A stretch of 64,000 nucleotides of DNA from Eledone cirrhosa (GCA_964016885.1 OZ024750.1:46562001-46626000), one strand, 5' to 3'. Shown: positions 13,659 to 31,787, counted from the stretch's first letter. Notes: generated by a model from the sequence alone, not told the origin. Numbers and translations are program-made.

Positions 13659-14252
13659 GAGGTTATATTTAATTTGTTGGGATTCAACAAGCTTAAACAT
13701 TTTTATAACTGATATAAAGCACTCAACAATGAGTGGACTAAATACACAATATATTAATATACATATTATTCTTCCACGTTAATCTCATTTCTTCTTTCAC
13801 TTAGATATACTTACGCTGTATATTTCTCCTTTGAAACTTATTTCTTCATTCACTCTATCTTCACTATCTAAATGTATAATCGTTCTGTCTTTCCTCTTCT
13901 ATCTTTCTCCTTTCTTTTTTCTTGTTTTCTCTCTCCCTTACATATCATCTTCTTCCAACAGTTTAATTTAAATAAACCGTTATCTTTTCAACCTTTCGGA
14001 CACTCATTTGCATAGTCACTCATAACTTTGTATTACCCTCAATAAATGTAGTATCTCAGTAAATGTAGTATCTCCACTATCCAGGAAACTCCAACCGTTA
14101 AGGTTGTCTATTTTTCGGGTATGTCAATATTTATTTATAAAACAAATCTGTATTTTGTCTGATGAAAGCGCACCATAATTTGCCTTGGTTGCCCTTGCAT
14201 AATAAAATAAATATGGTTTTATAAATATAGTTTCCATTTATTAATATATTGT
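13657..14252. mobile_element. PLE pLTR remnant, family B (same as 20708 and 49461)
   Basis: Shares the tail ...caacaag..ataactgatataaagcactcaacaa and the end ggttttataaatatagtttccatttattaatat. Confidence 0.65.
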
Positions 14253-14472
14253 ATATATATATATATATATATATTATTAGGTATAGGATTATCCAAGATG
14301 TAGTGATGGTTAATTACTACACTGGATATGGTTGACGTACGGTAAGAGGTTACTCTACGAGTTATGGAAGAATTGTTCAAGAAACTTAGTTCCTGATCCT
14401 TCAGTGTTCCGGAGTGTATATAAAGAATGAATAATAACAGGTAGACATCATAAAAAGGTAGTTTATTCCGTG

Positions 14473-14584
14473 TGCTTACAAGTGTTTCCACGGTGGTGCT
14501 GCAGCCTAGTTCCGCTACGTGCAAATTCACAAGTATTTGCAGAACTCGAATATCCAATGCTGTGACCACTGTTTCCTCAGAGCA
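14473..14584 (-). ncRNA. Hammerhead ribozyme motif in PLE-A pLTR (85-nt stem II)
   Basis: Reverse complement of 16746-16857. Confidence 0.75.
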
Positions 14585-15074
14585 GAATGGTAAATATACA
14601 ATGTAAAAACCCTTAAGTGGGGTTGTTGGGGAAGATAGAGTGGAACAGGAAGAGAGAAAAGTAGGGAAGAAGGAGAGAGAAAGAAAGATATGCAGGGGTT
14701 GGAGAAGTAGGAGAGAGTGGCTTGTAGATGTCTTAATCAAAATGTTATGGTAGGGGTTTTATTAGTTACTTTTGGTGAGATGCGTAGATAGTTGAGGTCA
14801 GAATTATTTATTGCCCCAGAGGGCAGGTTCATAAATGTTGAGAGGGAGGTAGGTCAAGGTGAGAGAGAGAGAGTGTAATGGATGTAGAGAGATATATATA
14901 GGTAGAGAGGGGACAGATAAATATGTGTGGTGAGTGAACTTTTGGTTTTGTAGTAGTATTCTAGGAGTTGTACTGAGTTACCATGTATAGTGATAAGCAG
15001 TGTATTGTCTTGTAGTGTGGGGGGAAGAGAAGGTTGTTAGCTAGAAAGTGGTGTTGTAGTTACGGGTTCGAATG

Positions 15075-15773
15075 TTAAGTTATTTTATAGTGAGAGAATT
15101 TAGCTTTTAGTTTGTGGTTGCAGTATAATGATCGTTCAATTCTATCGTTGAGTAGTTTGTTTTTGGATTTTAGTATGTAAAATAGCTCAAGGTTACATAA
15201 CCTGCAGTACTTCAAACCACTCCGATATGCATTTGCGCTGGAAAGTATATCCCATTTTAAGGTGAACTGTTGGTTGTGTTCACGGAGATGCCAGGTCTTG
15301 TTGGCGAGCGTGGTCACAAAGCGGTGATTCTGATGTTTGATTGAGAATCGATGACGGTACCAGCGAGATTTAAACGATGTGGTGGTAGATCCAATATAAT
15401 ACCATTTCTGGTCGTCCGATTCAACCGTGCATTGGTAAACAATGTTGGACTTTAGGCATTCATTCTGCAATGGACATCTTTCAGGTAGATGGCAGTTACA
15501 TGCTTTGTTGTGGGTAGCGGGTACACCATGGATAGGTTGTGATAGCGGTACAGGTGGGTTGTGCAATACCCGTCTCCCATTTAGTGGTTGGGAGGCAGAT
15601 ATTGCGTTCTGCCTATCTGTTACTAAAATGTTTTGTTTTGTAGAGTTATTTAATTGCCTTAAGTTAAGTTTTTTTATGTACGCTTCAAGGTTTGGTGCCG
15701 TGGAGTATGATAGTCTAATAGTTTTGGAGTTCAGAATTTTGCTGTACTTATGGGAACTAGGTACAGCAAAATT
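15075..15773 (-). pseudogene. PLE linker plus GIY-YIG endonuclease (C-terminal fragment, RT missing)
   Basis: KILNSKTIRLSYS...CNCHLPERCPL..CLKSNIVYQC...YYIGST..FKSRWYRH...CRLCNLE; open frame until the inversion junction. Confidence 0.9.
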
Positions 15774-15789
15774 CACCTGTACCGCTATC

Positions 15790-16255
15790 ACAACCTATCC
15801 ATGGTGTACCCGCTACCCACAACAAAGCATGTAACTGCCATCTACCTGAAAGATGTCCATTGCAGAATGAATGCCTAAAGTCCAACATTGTTTACCAATG
15901 CACGGTTGAATCGGACGACCAGAAATGGTATTATATTGGATCTACCACCACATCGTTTAAATCTCGCTGGTACCGTCATCGATTCTCAATCAAACATCAG
16001 AATCACCGCTTTGTGACCACGCTCGCCAACAAGACCTGGCAACTCCGTGAACACAACCAACAGTTCACCTTAAAATGGGATATACTTTCCAGCGCAAATG
16101 CATATCGGAGTGGTTTGAAGTACTGCAGGTTATGTAACCTTGAGCTATTTTACATACTAAAATCCAAAAACAAACTACTCAACGATAGAATTGAACGATC
16201 ATTATACTGCAACCACAAACTAAAAGCTAAATTCTCTCACTATAAAATAACTTAA
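15790..16255 (+). pseudogene. Inverted second copy of the GIY-YIG endonuclease fragment
   Basis: Same protein with one substitution (WHLRE vs WQLRE). Confidence 0.9.
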
Positions 16256-16745
16256 CATTCGAACCCGTAACTACAACACCACTTTCTAGCTAACAACCTT
16301 CTCTTCCCCCCACACTACAAGACAATACACTGCTTATCACTATACATGGTAACTCAGTACAACTCCTAGAATACTACTACAAAACCAAAAGTTCACTCAC
16401 CACACATATTTATCTGTCCCCTCTCTACCTATATATCTCTCTCTACATCCATTACACTCTCTCTCTCTCACCTTGACCTACCTCCCTCTCAACATTTATG
16501 AACCTGCCCTCTGGGGCAATAAATAATTCTGACCTCAACTATCTACGCATCTCACCAAAAGTAACTAATAAAACCCCTACCATAACATTTTGATTAAGAC
16601 ATCTACAAGCCACTCTCTCCTACTTCTCCAACCCCTGCATATCTTTCTTTCTCTCTCCTTCTTCCCTACTTTTCTCTCTTCCTGTTCCACTCTATCTTCC
16701 CCAACAACCCCACTTAAGGGTTTTTACATTGTATATTTACCATTC

Positions 16746-16857
16746 TGCTCTGAGGAAACAGTGGTCACAGCATTGGATATTCGAGTTCTGCAAATACTTG
16801 TGAATTTGCACGTAGCGGAACTAGGCTGCAGCACCACCGTGGAAACACTTGTAAGCA
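16746..16857 (+). ncRNA. Hammerhead ribozyme motif in PLE-A pLTR (85-nt stem II)
   Basis: UGCU CUGAGGA [acaguggu...accaccgug] GAAA CACUUG UA AGCA; the paralog at 26582 has canonical CUGAUGA. Confidence 0.75.
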
Positions 16858-16904
16858 CACGGAATAAACTACCTTTTTATGATGTCTACCTGTTATTATT
16901 CATT

Positions 16905-16964
<60 letters not shown>

Positions 16965-17109
16965 AGGGTTGACGGACCCAACATATTTATCAATGCCAGT
17001 ACCGGTTGTATCTCAGGGCACTCAATGGGCAATGTAAGACACATTACCAGAGTATACACATAGTTATTTGCCTCAACACAACACACGTTAATCGGGTGCC
17101 TATAAGGTT

Positions 17110-17206
17110 CCCGGACTCGAGTTTCTGCAGCACTAATGCACTACACCATCTGTCTGCATATATTATGCAACAATGCACAATCGGCTTATGCTGCTTCATC
17201 AGCGGG
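17110..17206 (-). ncRNA. Hammerhead ribozyme motif with about 70-nt stem II
   Basis: CCCG CUGAUGA aGCAGCA...UGCUGCa GAAA CUCGAG UC CGGG; GUC cleavage triplet and palindromic ACUCGAGU stem III. Confidence 0.8.
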
Positions 17207-17625
17207 TATCGCCTAATCAATAACCAATCGATAGACATAATCCAAACACCGGCCCGCGTCGGTCATGACTGTTTGTGACAACCGACACGGTAAGGCAATT
17301 AACTGGCAACCGATAGAACTCTATCTCTCAACTAGCCACTGATTTATAAATTTTACGTGGGGACGGGAAGCTAAAAAGAATCAATCTTTTAGTTCCTGTC
17401 GGAAGCCCTCAGCCAACGTGTCTCACGCACAAATTATCAAGGGGTGAAAAGATGGCTATTAGAAATAGCAGTTCACATTGATATAAAATAGAATGGTAGC
17501 ATTCGGTTCATGTCTCCAAGCCCCATGGCTAGAGGAAGGCCATGGTAACAATGGTAAAGCCAAGACCCTTTAATGGACATTAAATGCGATCATCCATTAT
17601 ATACCAATATAGTAGCGAGCCAGCT

Positions 17626-17669
<44 letters not shown>

Positions 17670-17672
17670 ATA

Positions 17673-17714
<42 letters not shown>

Positions 17715-18607
17715 ATATTAATATATATATATAATTGTTTTAACACAGAGGACCCAGACTCCCACTGATAGCGTCTCCGCCCCTCCCACTCTTCCCATCT
17801 GTAATTTTCATGAGCAAATGGGGTCCCACGCGCTAGCAACCCAATGGCTCCGGCGGAAAAACACAAGAAATCACACCATGTGATCGAACTCTAGATCTGA
17901 TGGTTCCCATGCAAACTTCTTAACCATTAAGCCATGCTGCGTTTACATTTATGAAATATGGAAGAAATTAAAAACACCAACAACAATACATTAACACAAG
18001 CTAAACAAAAAACCGTGACGTCATTTGGCTCGGCCAATATAATTAGGTAAAAATTAATTTATGTGTCGTTCCTGGTATTTGAAGGCTTTAATTTGGAAAG
18101 TGATTATGTTGACTTATTCCGGAGACTTTTTATATATTCATATTTTACAAGAATTTAATAGTCTATAATAATTGGAGACATCGTTTGATCAGATGCAAAA
18201 TAACCTCATTCGGTATGCACGGTATACACTCCAATATTCCGTCAATCCACCCATCGAAACAGCTAGTCACTGAATTTTAATGGAGTAAGCACGCACTTCT
18301 TAAATCAGGTAGAACACTTCCCGCTGCAGGTCTGAACATATTCATTGTGCCTGTGTGTGCATGACAGAAAGATAGAGAGTCAATGAGAGAGTGAGTGTCA
18401 GATAGATAAATAGAGACTGAGCATGAGAGTGAGTTTGGTGGAGCGAAAGAGAGCGAGAGAAAACATGAGAGAGAAAGGGATAGATAGAGAGAGAAATGAT
18501 GTTTATTCAACTGGTGCTTTATTTCGCGACCTAGAAAGAATGGCAGATAAAATTAACTACGGTAGAAATGTTAATCAGATTGTAGAGAGGCGGAATAAAT
18601 ACGATGA

Positions 18608-18662
<55 letters not shown>

Positions 18663-18665
<3 letters not shown>

Positions 18666-19259
18666 CATGAGAAGAAATAAGAATACTGCGTGGTTTGTAC
18701 ATGGGTTACATATGATAAAAATAGTCCTTCGTCAGTGATTTTCCAACCATCATTGGTATTTCATCGCATTAAAAATCAGATACCTCAGGTTGGTGCGAGC
18801 AATAACTAAAAAAAGTTATTGGGACCAGAATTCGCGTAAGGCGAGGGGGACAAGTAAACAACATAGAAAGATAAAAGCCAACCGAAGATAGGAAAATAAA
18901 CAAGCAACATGGTTGTCCAGTCAGCAAAATCTTGTGGATTTCATGAGCGAGAGAGGTACAGACCGTGTTGATGTGTGTGAGATGTGAGCAAGAAGAGACC
19001 CACACAACCCAAACTGGAGGAAGTGAGAAGGGGAGAAACAGAGAGTGAGTGAGTGGAAGTGTGAGGAAGAGGTCAGTCGAGAGAAAGTGTAACTGACAGA
19101 GGGGGCGAAAGAAGGTGAGACAAAACAGAGAGAACGGGGAAGCAGTAAGAGAGAAACAGACAAACGCAACCGAGGTAAATATATATAAAAAATATAAGAA
19201 AAATACTGCGTGGTTTGCACATGGGTTACATATGATAAAAATAATCCTTCGTCAATGAT

Positions 19260-19262
<3 letters not shown>
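18663..19262. mobile_element. Repeat family D (about 520-bp unit with terminal direct repeat) in (TA)n
   Basis: aatactgcgtggtttg.acatgggttacatatgataaaaata.tccttcgtca repeated near 18680 and 19202; homologs at 21263-21496 and 26041-26273. Confidence 0.7.
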
Positions 19263-19290
<28 letters not shown>

Positions 19291-19500
19291 TGTTATACTT
19301 GGGGAGGGTCATATTTGTGTAATATTGCCAGAATTAATAACAGAACACACTCACTGTTTGGTTGGTTTTCGCTTCTCACTGTCTTTTATATCTGCGATCT
19401 AACTTACTCGGTCCTCAATGTTGCCATTGACTGACCGACGGTCAAAAATAATACAGATACAATATAGACACAAACACATATATATAGTTTACATAATTTA

Positions 19501-19538
19501 CATAAATCTTTCGTTGCACATCTGCAACATCGTCAGTG
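19501..19538 (-). ncRNA. Minimal hammerhead motif in PLE-C pLTR
   Basis: CA CUGACGA u GUUGCA gaug UGCAAC GAAA GAUU UA UG; stem I is short. Confidence 0.6.
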
Positions 19539-19826
19539 GTGTTATATTTTTTTTTCCTCCTGTTGTGTTGTATGTCTACGCCATTTTTTATTCAGTCTGT
19601 CTATATATTTATTTATTTGTTTGCTTGTTTGTTTATTTTATTTTATCTTCTTTGCGCATGCGTTTGCGTGTGTGTATAGTGTTATGTGTGCTGTGTGACT
19701 AGTGTGTATAGTGTTGTGTCTGTTGGGTGACTAGTGTGTGTTTATGTGCTTGTTGTTATGTGCTTGTTGTTATTGTGCTTGTGTATGTATTTATTTATCT
19801 TATTTTATTTTATTTTATTTACTTAT

Positions 19827-20565
19827 TTATACTTCTCTTAGGTCAGTGTTGTTTGTTTGGGTGTTGTTGTTGTTCCACTCATTCTTTCTGTTTAGCTTTG
19901 GTCTTCTAATTTCTATTTCACTGGCCTCTCTGATTTGCCTATCTGCTGGGTCATTCCTATGTTTAGATATTATTCTAATTTCTATATTGTCTATGTTACC
20001 GTCATGTTGTTGTCTAGCATGTTCGTATAGTACTGACCCGTTTTTTCGTCCTTTTAGTTCCCCCCAGTGTTGGTCTATCCTTTCACCTATGCTACGAGCT
20101 GTCTCACCTATGTATGTTGTTGTCATGTTTCTGCAAATAGCCTCTGTACATCTTATGCTATAGACTACGTTTCTAGTTTTACAGTTTATCCGGGGGTTCA
20201 CCTTACATATGATACATTTCCTATTGGTACAGTGGGTTTTCTTAAAAGGGTAGGTTTTGCTGATCAGGCATTTTATGGTGGTTCCTGGCTTTTCTACCAC
20301 CTTTATTTTTAAGTGGGTCTTTCTCAGGGCCTTTCTATACTGGTTAGCTAATTTCCCTCCAGGGGTGGCGTCCACAAACATGACACTCTGATATCTCTGG
20401 TTGACGTGATGAAGTGGCCTTCCCTATCTTATGTCTAGCCCTATGTAAGCTATTCCATGATTTGCTCCTGTATAGTGGGCAAATACCTTGCATGTCCAGT
20501 TATATGAGGGTCTTATACTTTTCCATGGCTCCTTCGTATACTCTGACTCTGTCTCATTGGTTGTA
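19827..20565 (-). pseudogene. PLE linker, zinc-knuckle and GIY-YIG endonuclease fragment
   Basis: FVDATPGGKLA..KIKVVEKPG..PFKKTHC..C..C..NVVYSIRC..YIGETARSIGER..H; upstream decayed GYNQ*DRVRVY..CPLYRSKSW with stops. Confidence 0.88.
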
Positions 20566-20638
20566 GCCAAAGTATAACAATATCTGTTTCGACACACGAT
20601 TTCATATAAAAAACCTCGCTAAACTAATTCATCGCCGC

Positions 20639-20707
<69 letters not shown>

Positions 20708-20710
<3 letters not shown>

Positions 20711-21045
20711 AAAGTTCTATTTAAAATTGTTGGGATACAACAAGTAAATATTTGTATAACTGATATAAAGCACTCGACAAGTATTTGGAGTAGATATACG
20801 ATATTAATAAATGGAAACTATATATATAAAACCATATTTATTTCATTATACATATTTCAGGGATACCGAATTAAATTATGGTATGCCTTCATCAGACAAA
20901 ATCCAATATGTAACAGTTTTACAAATAAGCTTTGACGTACCATTTTAAAATGCAACCATTATTTTTGGAAGCCACCCGGTATCCCTGAAATATGTATAAT
21001 GAAATAAATATGGTTTTATAAATATAGTTTCCATTTATTAATATC

Positions 21046-21048
<3 letters not shown>
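20708..21048. mobile_element. PLE pLTR family B fold-back insertion with HHR at 20841-20901 (minus strand)
   Basis: Arms 20800-20868 / 20978-21048; CUGAUGA AGGcAUACC..GGUAUcCCU GAAA UAUGUA UA. Confidence 0.75.
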
Positions 21049-21144
<96 letters not shown>

Positions 21145-21496
21145 CATATTCTTCCATAAATCGTTGAGTAACCTCTCACCGTACGTCAACCCTATCCAGT
21201 GTAGTAATTAACCATTACTGCATCTAGGATAATCCTATACCTAATATATATATATATATATATGATAATAAGGGCGCTGCGGAGTTGCAAATGGGTTACA
21301 TATGAAAAAAGTTGGTCCTTCATCAGTGATCTTCCAACTATCATAGGCATTTCATCACTTTAAAGACCATATACCTCCGGTTGGTGCGAGCAACGGCTAA
21401 AAAATGTCTTTGGGACACGTAAATAAAGGGGACACGAGGGTAAACAAACAAAATTGTGAAGCAACAGAAAGTGAGGAAGAAGGAGACAAGTCCCAG

Positions 21497-22344
21497 GTAC
21501 CTCCGTAAAAACACTTATTAGCAAGACATACCCGTTCCAAAGACCCTCATGTATAGATAAGAAATGTATAACCTGTAAAATAAGCCCCCATATTAACTAT
21601 AAAACTAGAAATGTAGTGTATAGTATAAGATGTACTGAAGGACAATGTAGAAACAAAAATATAGTGTACATAGGTGAGACAGCTCGTAGTATAGGGGAAC
21701 GGATAAATGAACACTGGCGAGACCTTCAAGATAATAAAGAATCATCTGTACTCTACCAAAATGCTAAGATAGAACACACGGGTAAATTAGAGAACATAGA
21801 AATAAAAATAGAATCCACACACAGAAAAGATGCAATGTTTAGGCAAATTACAGAGGCAGTAAGCATAAAAGGATTACAACCAAAATTAAATAGAAAATAT
21901 GAGTGGAACAGCAACATCACAACTTACAATTAAGGACAAAATGAAAACACACACACACATAGAACAAACAATCAACCAACAACGTGTAAATAAATAAACA
22001 AATAGATAAATGAACACAAACACACACAGACACCCGGATGTGGCGCATGCGCAAACTGAGCACACAACACACACACAGAAACAAAATGGCGTAGGACAGA
22101 AGAAAGGAAAGGCACAGAAACAAAGAAAGGAATCCCCAGTCACTGAAGAGGTCACAGATTGTGTGACGAAAGGACTATGACTATATATAAACAACTATCT
22201 GGTTGTGGAACCAACCAACCAACCAACCAGAAATTTATAAGTTTGTAGATTTGTAAATTTATAAATTTATAAATATATAATAAATTGAAGTGAAAGCAAC
22301 TGGTGCGTGTGTTTCTTATTGGCAACATGACCCTCCCAAAGTAT

Positions 22345-22351
<7 letters not shown>
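21497..22351 (+). mobile_element. Penelope-like element, C-type (GIY-YIG fragment plus pLTR)
   Basis: LISKTYPF..NVVYSIRCTEGQC..VYIGETARSIGERINEH..RQITEAV; stop at 21933; HHR downstream. Confidence 0.88.
22138..22182 (+). ncRNA. Minimal hammerhead motif in pLTR
   Basis: AGUCA CUGAAGA g GUCACA gauug UGUGAC GAAA GGAC UA UGACU; homolog at 55314-55356. Confidence 0.75.
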
Positions 22352-22423
<72 letters not shown>

Positions 22424-22500
22424 GGAATAAATTAAAAACACCAACAACAATACAATAACACAAGCTAAACCAAACAACCGTGACGTCATATAGCTCGGCC

Positions 22501-24718
<2,218 letters not shown>

Positions 24719-24913
24719 TACCATACTTACATTTAAGTAAGTGCCGTACTAAGAGTGAGAAATGAAATTTCGTTTTCATTTTATTACAACTTATCGTTTT
24801 CGGTACGCCTAACCGATTTAACTCACTCGATATGCAAATTAAGCTGCTCAGCCGTTAATTTTCATAAGGAAAGTATATACTTTCGAACGTTCAACCATCT
24901 GGCAGAAGGGTAT

Positions 24914-24956
24914 ACGGTGCTGACGATAGCTAACAAGCTTGAAACTAGTACATCGT
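24914..24956 (+). ncRNA. Minimal type I hammerhead ribozyme (family R)
   Basis: ACGGUG CUGACGA u AGCU aaca AGCU u GAAA CUAG UA CAUCGU. Confidence 0.85.
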
Positions 24957-25125
24957 TCCTGTGTCAGTGTTGAACAAAAGGGTGACGTGGCTGCCTTAAC
25001 ACCGTACGGCATAAATTCAGGCTGTTCAGTTTGTTTACAAACGAACAAAGCGGGCGTTATAATAAGCGTCCGCTAAACTGATACGTACATATATGTATGT
25101 GTACCTGTATGTATATGTGTATGTG

Positions 25126-25200
<75 letters not shown>

Positions 25201-25460
25201 ATATATATATATATATATATGTGCATGCTACTGTACGTCTGCATGCATATATGTATGTACGTATACATACATACTTACATTTAAGTAAGTGCCGTACTAA
25301 GAGTGAGAAATGAAATTTCGTTTTCATTTTATTACAATTATCGTTTTCGGTACGCCTGACCCATTTAACTCAATCGATATGCAAATTAGGCTGCTCAGCC
25401 GTTAATTTTCATAAGGAAAGTATATACTTTCGAACGTTCAACCATCTGGCAGAAGGGTAT

Positions 25461-25503
25461 ACGGTGCTGACGATAGCTAACAAGCTTGAAACTAGTACAT
25501 CGT
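25461..25503 (+). ncRNA. Minimal type I hammerhead ribozyme (family R)
   Basis: Identical to 24914-24956. Confidence 0.85.
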
Positions 25504-25672
25504 TCCTGTGTCAGTGTTGAACAAAAGGGTGACGTGGTTGCCTTAACACCGCACGGCATAAATTCAGGGTGTTCAGTTTGTTTACAAACGAACAAAGCGG
25601 GCGTTATAATAAGCGTCCGCTAAACTGATACGTACATATATCTATGTGTACCTGTATGTATATGTGTATGTG

Positions 25673-25771
<99 letters not shown>

Positions 25772-25916
25772 GTATATGTGTGTGTATATATATATATATG
25801 TGCATGCTACTGTACGTCTGTATGCATATATGTATGTACGTATACATACATACTTACATTTAAGTAAGTGCCGTACTAAGAGTGAGAAACGAAATTTCGT
25901 TTTCATTTTATTACAA

Positions 25917-26043
<127 letters not shown>

Positions 26044-26270
26044 GAGACTTGTCTCCTTCTTCCTCACTTTCTGTTGCTTCACCATTTTGTTTGTTTACCC
26101 TCGTGTCCCCTTTATTTACTTGTCCCAACGACATTTTTTAGCCGTTGCTCGCACCAACCGGAGGTATATGGTCTTTAAAGCGATGAAATGCCTATGATAG
26201 TTGGAAGATCACTGATGAAGGACCAACTTTTTCATATGTAACTCATTTGCAACTCCGCAGCGCCCTTATT

Positions 26271-26798
<528 letters not shown>

Positions 26799-27058
26799 GA
26801 TATCCACGGTAAGTAGTGCGGTCTAGTCTGCATGAAGAACTCAATGTAATCCATAAGTTGAAAATGTTGTAGGTTAAAATAAATCCCGGAAAACGTCCAA
26901 ACATTAAAAGGAAATCAGAGTCATCATATAAGTTAAAACAATGAAATAAAAATCAAGTCATTAGAAATGTACTTCACTGCTTTACGATCGTTTCTAGGTG
27001 ATGATAATACATAGTAACTATACTTCGCTATCGATCTATGTAAGGTTAGTTACAAAAT

Positions 27059-27182
<124 letters not shown>

Positions 27183-27541
27183 AAAGGTAAACAGAAATAA
27201 CAACACAATCGTACGTGGAAGGAATATATTAGGTTAATGCTTGAAATAGCAGGAAGAGGGTCTTAACGTTTCGGACGTTAGACCTTCACCAGAAGAAGAA
27301 TGAGAAATAAGATAGATTGAAGGGACGGGCGAAGTGGAATTGGAAACAATGTCTTTAGATAAAAGTAACAGGTCCATTTATGTTGACATCTCCTGGAAAA
27401 CTGTAGGTGCTGGCGTTTTGTGTATGATTTATTCTTTTAGAAAAGTGGATGATGGAGCGCGTCTACCTTAAATGGAAAAAAAACCGTTTTGTATAAAGAG
27501 CTATGCTTGGGCGCGTGCCTATGCATGTGTGTGTGTGTGTG

Positions 27542-27643
<102 letters not shown>

Positions 27644-27818
27644 TCATTATACGCTTGTATGAAGCTAAGAAGATATGTGGCTATATATGTAAGTAAAAGT
27701 GTGTGTGCTTGTAAGTACGAAGATTTGAGCAAATATAAGGGTGTGTACATCTGCATAAAGAGCTGTGAAGGGAAAAGGGGAGTGTGCATATTTTGTCGGT
27801 CTGTATTAGTTGTAAGAG

Positions 27819-27862
<44 letters not shown>

Positions 27863-27903
27863 CTTGGGGAGGGTCATATTGTTGTAATAATATTGCTAGA
27901 AAT

Positions 27904-28090
27904 AATTGTTTCTACTTTTGGCACAAGGCCAGCAACTACTCAGTGCATTACTGGTACCTTATTTTATCGACTCCTTGAGGATGAAAGGCAAAGTTAACCT
28001 CGGCGGGATTTGAACTCAGAATGGCAAGGGCCGTAACTCTATGCGTCAAAGCATGGCGTCCGACCCTCTACCGATACTGCCAATCCACTG
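27904..28090 (-). mobile_element. SINE family 1 inserted into a PLE-C pLTR fragment
   Basis: TSD tgctagaaat; the flanks rejoin to match 19293-19352. Confidence 0.88.
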
Positions 28091-29008
28091 CTAGAAATTA
28101 TAACAGAACACACTCACGGATCTCGAATATAGAAAGGTTATGGAGATGTGAATTAATAGTTTGGGAGATTTTTTGTGCTGAATTTGTTCAGGTGTTTCTG
28201 TTGATATGTTAATATCTACATATAAATTATTGGGCAATTGTTAATCAATTTAAATTCCAGATGTCAATCTTACTTTATACGACATATATTATCTTTAATG
28301 TCAGTGATGTTTTTCCTCACTTCCAGTGAATCTAAAGTATAATAAAGTAAGGAGCGCGGGACTGCGTACGGTTTATAATTTGTTATCCCATTAGTAAAAT
28401 AAGTTGGATTATTTTGAATAATAATAAATGAATATTACATAATTTATCTACTAAATTTCGTGGCTTTTCATTAAATATATTTTGTTTATTTAAAGATTCA
28501 CTACTTTAAAATTTCTGAAATGTCAACACTTCCGGTTGACCATCGCTTAAATAAACATATTAATTTTCTGTCACTAATTTTCTCCTAATGCAGTTTATAT
28601 ATAATATCGTCTTTTTTTAATGTATCATGGAACACGTTACTGATTACATAAGACAGTGTAACGTAGTCTTCGATCAATTTCTATGTATTATATATTGTCA
28701 ATTACGATGTTATTTGATGTATCATATCTACATGTATATATACCTGCGTATAATATCAACATATCTCACTACATATGCTAGCAGAAAACCACCCGAAGAG
28801 TGGTTTTTCTGCTACTATATTTAATTGCTTATGAATTCTTTTCGGTCGACTATATTACGTATGTTGCCATACACTTAGCAGCATGCTTTTCATGCAGAAG
28901 CCAACACTGAGATATTTTACCATGTAACTACAGATATATCTCTTTCTTTGTCTGTTTGCAGGTCTTGTTTACTGCTTGTTTACTCTCTCTCCCTCTTTCT
29001 CTCTCTCT

Positions 29009-29111
<103 letters not shown>

Positions 29112-29740
29112 GAAATATTCTTCTCCACGTATTCAGAGAGAAAATATCATCTATTTAACCATCCATTCATCCATCAATTCACCTATCTACCTATCTATCC
29201 ACGCATGAATATATCTATACATATCTACATCGATCTCTAGTAAGCCTGTATAGATGGACTGTATGTTGTACACTTTATCATAATACAACCACCAGTATAT
29301 CTATAATAATTTTTTGACAGTTCATATGAGTAAAATAAGTGTAAATCATAACGGACATTGTCTCCTTTAATAATTCAAACAGACTTAGTGAAATAGATTT
29401 ATTGAAAAAGCCAGTATTATCAGAGAGTAGGTGTAAGTGACGTATATCCAAACAGCTATAGACAGCAACAACAATAAAACATGACATGAAATATGACTTT
29501 GAATTTGACATTCTGAAATTGGAATTTCTGTTATGTGTTGATTTTTTCTAAATGTTCCCAGTGTTCAGGAACACATTTGAGGCACAGTATAATCGATCTT
29601 TATTCTAATATATAGTTGTAAATAACTCAATTTCTTCTATGTAGACGGCATCTGTAGTATTTGGTGTTTTCACCAAACATTGCTAATGTTTTTTTCGTGG
29701 ATTCGTGGAAACACATACACACCCACACACACACATCACA

Positions 29741-31290
<1,550 letters not shown>

Positions 31291-31721
31291 TATATATATG
31301 TGTTACTTCTAGAGTCATAGTGCTTCCTTTCCGCGAGAAATTATGTACAGTATTGTGGGAAGCTGACGATTCAGATGACGCAAAATTTCCTCTTTCTTGT
31401 TAGTTTACTCTCCCCATCTTTCTATACACCACTTCGTTTCTTTCCATAAGTATTGCCCCATCGTTTTCGTACCCATTTTCTCCGCTCCTCCTCTTCCCTT
31501 CTCTCTCTAATACGCTCTTCTTTCTCATCTCCTACTTTAGATTTTCTGTTCGATTTAAGGTTATATCTTAACCTCCAAAATTGTTAATCTATATATAGTA
31601 TCCAGCTGTTCACAGCTTCACCTCGCTTTGGGAATACTCCAATTTTATTAATCTTCTTATACACTCATCACTTCAAACATTTCAATGAATGTTTACACAC
31701 ACACACACAGACACATACACA

Positions 31722-31787
<66 letters not shown>

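Larger units (their letters stand above)
14277..16910. mobile_element. Penelope-like element A: 5'-truncated, inverted (palindromic) dimer
   Basis: About 1.14-kb near-perfect inverted repeat (14417-15557 vs 15774-16910), GIY-YIG ORF on both arms, HHR in both 3' regions, flanked by (TA)n. Confidence 0.92.
19290..20641 (-). mobile_element. Penelope-like element C (second EN type), 5'-truncated with inverted tail
   Basis: GIY-YIG ORF, pLTR with HHR, short inverted tail at 20566-20641, flanked by (TA)n. Confidence 0.88.

Noticed and set aside
14219-17063. Paired 173-aa and 157-aa ORFs MIKTSTSH...
   Set aside because: They lie in the PLE-A 3' UTR/pLTR; the duplication is due to the palindrome and there is no protein motif
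20540-20565. In-frame TGA in PLE-C as selenocysteine
   Set aside because: Not at an evident Cys position, and a TAA and frameshift lie nearby, so decay is the simpler explanation
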